From Chromera velia (taxonomy: Eukaryota): DNA of 49,220 bases. The stretch is taken from assembly GCA_018398765.1 (NCBI GenBank), contig JAHBMJ010000381.1, positions 1 to 49,220 on the forward strand, written 5' to 3'. The position numbers were made by a program, and so were the translations under genes. Shown in pieces: positions 1-10,184 of the stretch (position 1 is its first letter; each line of letters opens with the position of its first letter). Below the pieces are notes generated by a model, which was given only the letters and a program-made list of their open reading frames with translations, did not search any database and had not been told where the DNA came from.

Positions 1-545
1 ATCAATCACCATGGCAAATGAAAGTGTGACAAGAGTACTTCAGAACACATGGGGTCCATACCACAAGAAGTCAACAGTTAGACACTCAAACAAACAGATT
101 TAGATGAGCCAGAGCAGCATGTCTGTCTCCTCTGTCAACTACATGCTCACACTACACAGCCAGGTAGGGGATCATTTTTTTCAGTCATAACTGCAAAGAT
201 CTGTGGCTCGGGCTGCTACAGTCCAGTGAGGAACGGGATAGGTAGGCAACGAAAGCAGCTGTGTATGCACAGACTGGTACTCCTCTCTGAGCGATTTTGG
301 ACTCTATGCATGCATGTGTATTCCTGCAGGCAGGCAGTCCCCCATACGACTCTGAAAAGCCAGGCGGAGCCTCTGTTTGTATGTTTAGTGGGTTTTTCCC
401 CTGTATGTTCATGCATACAGAGACAGTGCATCCACACAGACTGTAACCGTTTCTGATTGTTTGATGTTCACGATATTTAAACCTTTCGGACCTCTCTGTG
501 GTAGGAATATGTACGCTAGTGTTCATTATCGGTATGGCCTGGCGT
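1..545. mobile_element. Right part of a MITE-like TIR element (copy 1, truncated by the window start)
   Basis: Near-identical to 1068-1612 (offset 1067). Ends in the TIR 518-544 AGTGTTCATTATCGGTATGGCCTGGCG, where homology to copy 2 stops. Confidence 0.7.
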
Positions 546-875
546 CGTGAGGGGTCATTTCGGGAAGGACTGCGACCTGCATGCCATCAGAGCGTATCTA
601 CATATATTTGCTGCACTGTACTTCAATGCAGGTGTTTGCTGTCTGGCCTCCCTATTTCTTCATTGAAAGAGGTCAGCAACTTGTCAGTATGGTTGACCCC
701 CCCCCCTTTCCACCTGCAGCAGGGCACTCTTAAAGACACTTTCGCTTCTCTCTCACTCACACCATGAAACCCTCTAATTGTTTGAAACCCTTTTTGAGAT
801 AGTGGCACTGCTCTATTTGTTTACCTTTAATGGCTCTGTCATGCCTTTTCTATTTCCTGAAATGACCACTTAGGC

Positions 876-1611
876 CGCGAGGCCATACCGAGAATGAACA
901 CTGCGGGACAACCGTAACACTGCTCTTTGGGGCCATCTAACTCTTTTAATTAATTTTTGACTTGGATGCATCAAACGGTCTATCTGCATGTATGATATTG
1001 TATGTCTGCATGTATTCTGTTTGAAAGTAGCGATGCTTCATATGGGTATGTATTCTCTCTTGTACCAATCAATCACCATGGCAAATGAAAGTGTGACAAG
1101 AGTACTTCAGAACACATAGGGTCCATACCACAAGAAGTCAACAGTTAGACACTCAAACAAACAGATTTAGATGAGCCAGAGCAGCATGTCCGTCTTCTCT
1201 GTCAACTGCATGCTCACACCACACAGCCAGGTAGGGGATCATTTTTTTTAGTTATAACTGCAAAGATCTGTGGCTCGGGCTGCTACAGTCCAGTGAGGAA
1301 CGGGATAGGTAGGCAACGAAAGCAGCTGTGCATGCACAGACTGGTACTCCTCTCTGAGCGATTTTGGACTCTATGCATGCATGTGTATCCCTGCAGGCAG
1401 GCAGTCCCCCATACGACTCTGAAAAGCCAGGCGGAGCCTCTGTTTGTATGTTTAGTGGGTTTTTCCCCTGTATGTTCATGCATGCAGAGACAGTGCATCC
1501 ACACAGACTGTAACCGTTTCTGATTGTTTGATGTTCACGATATTTAAACCTTTCGGACCTCTCTGTGGTAGGAATATGTACGCTAGTGTTCATTGTCGGT
1601 ATGGCCTGGCG
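876..1611. mobile_element. MITE-like non-autonomous TIR element (~736 bp, copy 2)
   Basis: 27-bp terminal inverted repeats: 876-902 CGCGAGGCCATACCGAGAATGAACACT vs 1585-1611 AGTGTTCATTGTCGGTATGGCCTGGCG (2 mismatches). No credible ORF. TSD not clearly resolved (TTA/TTAG lies close to both ends). Confidence 0.7.
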
Positions 1612-1643
1612 TTAGCTCGCGGAGTCGGACGCGGACATCAGGG

Positions 1644-1740
1644 TGCAGTTTTTTTTCCGTGCCCCACAAACATGCATGCAACCCAAGGCTTTTCCGGGAC
1701 ATGCATGCGCGCGCGGGCAGATGCCATGCATGCAGCGAAA
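1644..1740. promoter_or_regulatory. Cluster of TGCATGC(A), GCGCGC and T-run motifs upstream of the LCIB gene
   Basis: Three TGCATGC copies (near 1673, 1702 and 1727), plus GCGCGCGCG and a T8 run. The same motif combination recurs at 9950-10011 and 20950-21020. Confidence 0.4.
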
Positions 1741-1969
1741 CTATAGCGAAACTCTTTAATTTCGGCTCGCATTTAAGTTTCATCCTTGCACTCACTGGTC
1801 ACTGGTGACCACTGCATACCACTGCTGCATGGTTCTTGCATGTTCTTGTTTGATTGGCATTGCAGTTTCGTTTTGAGATCTATCTTTTCACTTTACTGAG
1901 ACTCAAGCCCCGCTCCTGCAATCAACCAGGCGGTAGACCGAGAGACCAGGAGACGCCGCGTATCTCAAG

Positions 1970-3500
1970 ATGACAAGCACTCAGGGAGAAGATCTCGGGG
2001 GAAAGGGCTTGTCCAAGGTCACGCTGGGTTCTTCGTATATGCCTGCATTCAAAGGGGCCTGTGAGGCAGCCGTGGAAGTCATGGAGAAGTCAGGAAAGCT
2101 GGATCTGACCGAGCTAACCAGTCTGATCAGGTGCTACAACCTGTCGGTGGAGACGGTGAGGAAGTTCTTCCCTGGTGCTACCAACAGCAAGGACATCCTC
2201 ACACAGCTTGACGCCACTCTGAAGCGTCTGGATGTTACTGGCGAGAACACTTTGTATGCCCAGTCTGTGTGTCCTGATGAGATCAACCATGAGGAAGGAG
2301 ACATCACTGACATCCTGGCCTCCTATATGGGGGAGGTGTTCCATCTGGGGGGTCTCGCCGGACTGCCCTTCACAGGAAGGACGGGATTTGCGGCCTTCTC
2401 TCACCACGTGCCTGATGGTTTGTCAACGATTCTTGCTCTCTGCTTGTTTGTGCGAGTGTGTGTTTGCGTGTGCGTGTGTTTGTGTGTCTGTGCTTCTCTC
2501 TCCTGCAAAAAGATAGTGTAAGATGTGGACGAGGGGCGCTAGGAGAGAGAGATTGGATAGAGGCAAAGACGCAATGAGAGTAACAACCAAGATCGTACGG
2601 TGAAGCATGTCACAGTATAACTACGAAGAGGTCCCAATTTGACTCCCAGAAAGGAAAGCAGACACGTGCATGACCAGAAAGAAAATTGAGGATGCGCATG
2701 ATACACTTGGGGTTTGGGGGTGGCAGTTTATTCACCGAGTCTTTCGATTCTCGTGTATGTCCAAAACAGCTTGATCACTTCTGTCAAGCCTCGATCACGA
2801 CCGAAAGCGAGACAGGGCCCCTTCGTCGTCACTGTAGTCCCCCGATTCTTTTATCCATCCATGTCCCTGATTTCCCCTCTTTGTGCATACGTGTGAGTGA
2901 GAGCAGGAGGCAATCTCTTCATCCTCATGGCCCCCCACATCGGCATCTCTGACTCCCACCAACTGGGGATGTACTCACGCGTAGGCCAGGAGAGAGACGG
3001 CACTGCGTGTGGTGCCGCTGTAGGTGCCCTCAAGGCTGCCTGCTCTCTTGACTCCCCCCTCACTTTGGAAAGCCTCGGAGGATGTTTTGAAGACTACCAG
3101 ATGAACTTTATCATCTCGGAGGTACAGAAGAGAAAGGACGAAATTTGCAAAGAACCAGAAGGCAACCCCAGACAGGCGGCCCTGATCCATGCCGTCTACG
3201 ACGTCTCGAAAAAGTTCCTCGACAACATCGTGTCAACGGAATTCGGTGATAGACAGGGAAAGCTCTTTCTCCTCTGCGGCGTGCAGGTCAGTCGATTCGC
3301 TCATTCAAATGTATGTGTGATGGGATACATTAATCCGCATGTATTCATACATGGAAATTGGCAAGCATAGCAACACCCTGGGAGAAAGCGTATACAGTCA
3401 ATCCTATGGTTTGCGCAGGCGCATTTTTTTCCTTGCTTGTCGCTCGTGTCAACAGGGGCGCTTGTGTGATTATTGGGGCGTGTCCTTTATGCCAATAGCA

Positions 3501-3559
<59 letters not shown>

Positions 3560-3569
3560 TGTGTGCTGT

Positions 3570-3604
<35 letters not shown>

Positions 3605-3892
3605 CATGTGTGTGCGTGCGTGCAGATCAACATGCCCAAACCGATGGAGGACTTCTTCCAGCCTTTGGCATTCGAGATGCTCCAACACGGGAAGGAGCGG
3701 GTCGATTTGTTCGAGGAGACATTCGGCCCCCGCAGCATGGAACACACAGGAGAGGACGAGGAGACCATCGCTCCCCCGGCGTCGGAGGGGACCGGGTGTG
3801 ACCACAGCCATCTGATCTTGGGGGACTCTCAGAGATCTACCAACTGGAGAGAGAGAAACACAGAGAGAGAGAGCCGAGGGATGGAGTCATGA
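1970..3892 (+). CDS. LCIB/LCIC-family (theta-type) carbonic anhydrase-like protein, 3 exons, ~364 aa
   Basis: Exons 1970-2417, 2907-3286, 3626-3892 join in phase at GT-AG sites. Motifs SVCPDE, FHLGGLAGLPFTGRTGFAAFSHHVPDGG, APHIGI, SRVGQ...ACGAA give the Cys/His/Cys Zn-ligand pattern of the LCIB family; C-terminal GVQINMP...DFFQP. Confidence 0.9.
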
Positions 3893-6202
3893 AGAAGTCT
3901 TCTTTCACCTCTCTTTTGAGAGAGACATGCGTGCCTGCCGCCTGTGGGTGCTTCCAGGACGGAGATGAATTACAAAAAAGGGGGCAGAGAGTCAGAGGAA
4001 CAAAATGAAAAGGGTAGGCAGCGTGGAAGGAAATCAAGAAGGCCAAAGCGGATTCATCCGGCCACTAGAAAAATACAACCTAGAAAAGGGACAGGAAAGC
4101 TTGTCTGGAGGAAAAATGATGTTTTTTGTTTTCGTTGCATGGCTGCTTTGATCACATCAGGAGGTCCGCCATTGGAGTTTTCTTCGTATTTTTTGATGGA
4201 GGCGATAGTCCTTTTTTCTATTTGTTGTGCGTGTTTCTCTCTCTCCCTCTCTCATATCTTTTCTCATGTGTTCCTTGCGAGTCAACCAACCTTCAAAGTC
4301 AACTCAGTGATTGCTTTGTCGCTGGCCGGCTTCAGGCAGAGAGACGGAGTGAGGGAGAGAGAGCATCAGAGGAGGGAGAGGGAGGGGGAGAGAGAGAGAG
4401 AGAGTCAGATGAGGGAGTGAGCTGAGGCGAAGAAACGGCAGGGCGAGTTAGGGTGGACAAAAAGCCGGTCAGGCGTTTGAAGAAAGAGTGAGTCAGTGAG
4501 AGAGAATTTGTTCCATTCCACGCGGTACCTCTCTTCCCTCCCGTAGTCCGTCCGTCTACGCGAACCTTTCCGCCCGTCCTTCAGTGAATAGTTGAGGCGG
4601 ACAGTTGCGTCACTCATTGCCTCGATCAGCAAATCTCGATCGATCTCTTTTTGCGATTTTGTTCCCTCAGGTGACTTCTCTGGTCGCCTGATTTATACCT
4701 CCCTCCACAAACGGTAAACGAATGCATGAGGGGGAAGAAAGAAATTGTGCGGGACGTGGCGTGCGGGTATTTGTTCGATGCGAATCTTCGACCGGAAGAA
4801 AAATTTGAGAGCTGTATCAGTCGTGTCACTGGTGTTTCATTCCATACAGTTCATGCATCTTCCTTCGTTTTTTCCGTAGGCCGGTACTTCTCTGAGCCGT
4901 TTTCGTGTGTCCAGCAGCGTTTGTTCAACTGAAAAAGTTTCGTCCGTTTGCATAAAAGTACGCTTTTTTTCTGAACTGCCCTTGCTTCCTTGCTGTGCCC
5001 TACTTTGTGCTTTGTCATTCATGGAAAGTGCGACTGGATGTTTGCTTCGGTAGTGCTTCTTTTTTTCTTTCCTTCTTCCTCCTTCTTTCATTCCACTTGT
5101 CGCCCATTCGGTCGATCGTTCTCTCTCCTCTCTCTCTCCTGTCTGTCTGCCTTTTTTCTGCATGTCTGTCTGTTTCATCATTGTGTGTCGTGATGCTCTG
5201 GAAGAAAAAACATGGTCAGACATTAGCGCACTACTTCAGTACTCGCTCTACATGTTGCAACTCCTAGTGCAACTCATGATTAAAATACGGGAAAACATAA
5301 ATGGATGACTGTGCCATGACGAGATGCATGACGTAAAAAATGCTAGGAAAAACCGTGAGGTTAATTTACGGAATTTTTACCGTAAGATTGAGTTGTGACC
5401 GATTTCGCTACTAGATTCGCTACTCTATTATACATTATCCCAATGTCACACAAATTATACAGGGAAAAAAAAAGAAAAAGAAGAAGTCAAGGGGAAAATC
5501 TAATGAAAGTTTTTTTCTTTCATTGAATGTCAAAAAACAGAAAGGAATAACTTTTGAGTGTCAAACCGGGCCGTGACAAACCCCAGGCTACTTTCATTAT
5601 AATACTTTTGCGGCGTCTATTCTAACGCTCTAGGTCTAGCGTCTAGTGTGGCGTCTGGACATAAGATTTAATTTAGGATTTAATTAATTGACCTTATAAT
5701 ACTAATATTTTAAACTTAAATTTATCATCATTATAACCATATATCACGGTCATCGCTATCGGCGGCATCTGAATGAATGAATGAATGACTATTATTTTTT
5801 TATATATCCTTTTCTTTCAAGTGCTATAATTAAGAATTTAAGACATAGGGGGAAAACCTAGGGGAACTTGAAAAAAGGGAAAACGGCGTTTAAAACGCTT
5901 TTGAGTGTTGGGATTAAGCCTAGGACTAGGCCTAGGATTCAGCTTACTTTAATTAATATAACTTTTGGCCTTAAAAAAAAAGTTGAACAGACGTTTCTTT
6001 TTTAAACGTGCGATGCTTATGTGGGCATGCATGCATTAATCATGATACGTTAGATAATACTGAGTCATTAATGCAAAGCTTCATGCATGTGTAGGTAGAG
6101 CCTGGTAGACAAAAGTTATAATGAGAGCTCCCGACCACTCTGTCGATCAGAGCAGTCAAGCCTCCCCTCCTTCTTCAATTAACCCTGTGTAGCTCTCTTT
6201 GA

Positions 6203-8243
6203 TTAGAGCTCATCGTGTCCCCCCCCGCCGTCTCCCCCGTCTCCCAGGTCCAGTCCGTATGTCTCTGGGAACCGCAGAATCTCTCCGTAGTCCGTGATGG
6301 ACGTTGCGACCAGGACAGAGGCTCTCCGAGGAAAGTCGTCCTTCAGAATTCCCCCTCCGTCTGCGTGCATGCATGTATACAAAATTAAGGTGTGTAAACA
6401 CATGCCTGCGTGCAAAAGAGAAAAAGAACACTTGCAAGCAGACGTGATGATGATATGGGGTTAAGTCCCAGATCCAGCAATGCCAAATCCCAAGCCATTA
6501 GCAAGGCTTGATGGACGCACAAACATCCTCGCCCCCCCCCCCCNNNNNNNNNNNNNNNNNNNNNNNNNNNNNNNNNNNNNNNNNAAGCCCCAAAAGAGAA
6601 AGCGAGAGAGAGACAGGCAAAATCAGGCACGTCCAAAATAAGTCAACCCAGTCAATTAACCAAACAGACCTCTAACCAAGCCTCTGACTGACTGACTGAC
6701 TGACTCATTTCTACCCATTTTTCGATTTCGGCTTCCATATCTTCTCTTTTCTCCTCGGGTCCCTTCATGCTTTCCATGATCACAGTCTTCACCTCCTCCA
6801 CCTGCAACACAAGGGAAACCACAAACGATCGGGAGTCCATGCACAGTTACCCACCGTAGTGCTTCTCATGGTTTCCCCCCCGGGCCAACATGATGCAACC
6901 AAGTTAGGAACTACAAGAGTGAGGGAGTCCCCGGGAATGAGGGAGAGATAGAGCGGAAAGGAAAGAAACAAAGGTTGAGTATTTTCTGGTTGACGGAATC
7001 TTCACCCTCATTCTCAAGCTTATCCTTTTACTTTTGCAGGCAAACAAACAAACCCACCTCAATGAAACCGCTCCCGTCTGTGTCAAGTTGATCGAATTCA
7101 TCTTCGATCTCTTGACGTTCCTCTTCGTCCACTGCATCCACCCACCCATCCATCCATCCACCCATCGTTTTATCCGGGTATGCATTCATCCATCCATTCA
7201 CTCATTCAGAAATTTGTGTGCACACCCACCTAACCAGCCAGCCAGCTGGAACGAAAGAAAAGAGGACACAAGAAAGGAAGCGACAAATCAGACGGAAGGG
7301 ACAAGCGATGACAATCCACAAAAGACGAAAAAAAGGCAGCTGTTCGGTGTTCGAAAACGTGTGAGGACAATGCCCTCCCTCAGGGCCAGCTAGGAGGAAC
7401 ACCGATCGATCGATCGATCACAAAGCCAAAGAAAGATAGGGCCGGGGGGCCAGAATCGACTTCGACACTCACCTCCTTCCAGAAATTCGTCCTTAGATAT
7501 TTTCCCGTCTTTGTCTGTGTCCTTTGACTGCAACCACCCAGTCAATCATCAAGTTAATTTCACACACACACACACACTCAATCGCTCCCTCATGCACGCA
7601 GAACGAGCAGAAGAGGCAGAAAGCGAGAACGAGACAATCGACTAAGCTCGCGCCACACCTCTTCCAGGCTGGGTGAGCGCACTCATTCAAAGAAAAGAGG
7701 GGAAAAGAGAAGCCATGAATAACCAGTCCTCATTCTGTCAATCAATTTCCCCTCGTGCTGCCATGTCAATTCACGCCTCCAACCATGAAGTCAAAAGGTT
7801 TTGTGTGAAGCAGTGGACAGCGAATGTCGCGGACTCATTCCGTTCTTCATAAGGAAAGGGATTCGATCATTCACCCACGCGCAAGCTTACAGAGAGACAA
7901 GACAGTTTCTCGTGCTTCTGCATGCCCCTCCCTCTTTCTCCACATCCGCTTGAAAGGGGAAAAAATGAGGAGAGCGTACGCACACCACGCAGCCCTGCTC
8001 ACTGGCTGACTTATGACAACCCTCCTTTCTTCCTCTTTCCAAAATTCAAGGTGACAGAGAGAGACTGACCGACCTCCATGATCTCGTCGATTTCGATTCG
8101 CATCATATCGTCGTGTTTCTGTGGGTGCATGAGGACCATCATTTCCTCTGCGTCCAGAAAACCGTCCTTGTTGCGGTCTGCAGCGTCGAACCTCTTCACC
8201 AGACTCGGCTGCTCGATCGGATGCAGGGATGGACCCATGAAAC

Positions 8244-8306
<63 letters not shown>

Positions 8307-8845
8307 GCACGCACACGCACGCACGCACACACGGGCGCGCACGCGAGAGAGAAACAACTAGACAACCATTTTCGCGTCAACGCCAACAGAGACAGAGAAA
8401 CACGTGAGCGGGAGTGAGCGAGAGGAAAGCAGAAAGAGAGGTGCGACCGCCCCGTAAAGCAAAAAAGACGACCAAAGAAGACCGAGTGCACAGACATGGG
8501 AGTTGAGAGGACAGGTGCTCGAGGGAGGAGACGGCCAGTCAGTTTGAAGGGAAACAGAAAACACCGGGAAGCCATAGAGACCGTCATTGGGGGTCCAGCT
8601 GGCCGATCCTAATCGGTTGACGTTCCCCTCACAACTGAACTTCCATCCCTGTCTGTAGTATGGAAACCATTCAAAAAATGCGTCTGCGTCATTGTTCTTT
8701 CTACCTTTCCTCTCCTTCCACTTCATTCCCTCTCCCCGCACCGACTCACCCTTGCCCGTTCCCGCTCTGACTCATCGGCTCCGTCATCTCCAAAGTAAGA
8801 TTCGATCATTTCCTCTTTGTCGATCTTTCCGTCCTGAATGCATTG

Positions 8846-8887
<42 letters not shown>

Positions 8888-9512
8888 ATCATCCTTCGTG
8901 TTTTTTAAAGTCCTTTTTGCACTTCGATCTTGGCACATATGCAACGCACAAAAACCATGAACGATCAACGGCTCCATACAGTCGTCTTTTCGTCCATATT
9001 GAACGGAGTTGGATGGGAACGGAGAAAAGTGTGTAAGTGAGCCGTTTGGAGGCGTCGCAAGAGTGTGGAGGAGGGGACGACTCATTGATTTGCGTGCATC
9101 AGCGTTGTGGAGATGGGCCAGACACGCGCTCATGCAGTTGACTGACCCCGCTCGTGTCAATTGTCTCGAAGTCCTGAAGTTTTTGTTTTTCCTTCATGGT
9201 ATCGTGGGTCCACTCGATGAAGGCCAAAATTTCGTCTGTGGTTGCAATTCCGTCTTTGTCTCTGTCTATGTATTCAAAGATTTTGGAGATTTTGACCCCC
9301 ATCTCGTCACTCGTCATTCCAAGCGCTTCAGCCAATTTCTCAAAGTCCTCTTCATCATCAAAATCCCCCCCGTCATATTCATCGTCTTCGTCCTCGAAAT
9401 AATCTTCTGTGTCGTCGACGTATTCATCGTCGTCGGTCTGCTGGGCTCTTACAAAGGAAACACAAAACAAAACATGGAACAGCAGCAGCAAGAGTAACAG
9501 AAGACGCGACAT
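6203..9512 (-). CDS. ER-resident multi-EF-hand calcium-binding protein (CREC family, calumenin/reticulocalbin/ERC-like), 7 exons, ~322 aa
   Basis: Exons 9512-9147, 8833-8750, 8208-8074, 7527-7473, 7131-7058, 6801-6705, 6360-6203 are in phase. Signal peptide, acidic stretch, five EF-hand loops (DRDKDGIATTDE, DTSGDGKIDKEE, DRNKDGFLDAEE, DTDKDGKISKDE, DTDGSGFIEVEE), SITDYGEILRFP motif and C-terminal HDEL. The last intron contains an N gap. Confidence 0.9.
6445..6510 (-). mobile_element. Short LINE 3'-end fragment with (ATC)n tail inside the last intron of the EF-hand gene
   Basis: TGATGATGATATGGGGTTAAGTCCCAGATCCAGCAATGCCAAATCCCAAGCCATTAGCAAGGCTT closely matches 48396-48466, the 3' UTR and tail of the LINE at the window end. 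Confidence 0.75.
6544..6584. other. Assembly gap (41 N) next to a C homopolymer
   Basis: Run of N in the sequence. Confidence 1.
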
Positions 9513-10184
9513 GTTTTTCTACCTTTCTTTCTTTGGAAGGTGGAAGAGCTCTGAGGCACACAAACAACGGCACGGAGAGGTGCGAGTTGCTCTCACAAAA
9601 GAAAGGTCTCCCTCAGCAGTGGTACTGTAACACAGTTGTTTTTCTTTCACTGTTGGATCAGCGATCAGCTTAATTCATTGCCAAAATTGTCCACCATTTG
9701 GCAACGCAAATGACAGCGACCGCCAATGGATGTGGAACTTTAGCCCGTCGTTGTCTGGGCAGGTCGGACGCGTGGTGAGGTGATGTAAGGTGACTATATA
9801 TTGGGAGTGGAATGGAGAGGAGGAAAGTTTTCTTGGAGACGGATCCACTCGAGCTCGTCTTTCTTGCCTGACAAACCATGACAAACCGTCTCGCCTCGCC
9901 GCGGGCTGAGAAATTTAATTTGTCAAAAAGTTTGTGGCGGACATATATAGTTTGCATGCGCATATTGCAGCGATGTGGCGCATGCAGTTTTTTTCGCGCG
10001 CAATTTGCGCGATCCGACAGAATTCGGCTTTGAATTCGGTGAGATCCGATTTTTCGCTTAATTGTGATGTTGACTGTTGCTCTGGAAGTAGCTTTGAAGA
10101 AGACTCTTAGAAGAGTCAAGCAAAGCTCCGATGCGTCAATCTGGCACCGCTTTGCGATTTGAAGTTTCCAATAACTCAGCCAAG

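Noticed and set aside
185..526. 113-aa ORFs duplicated at 185-526 and 1252-1593
   Set aside because: No recognisable domain; they lie inside the MITE and are shared only because the DNA is duplicated.
3339..4425. Long ORFs with SLSLSL/CVCVCV/ERERER/HTHTHT runs here and throughout the window
   Set aside because: Translations of intronic or UTR dinucleotide microsatellites; only the spliced exon portions are coding.
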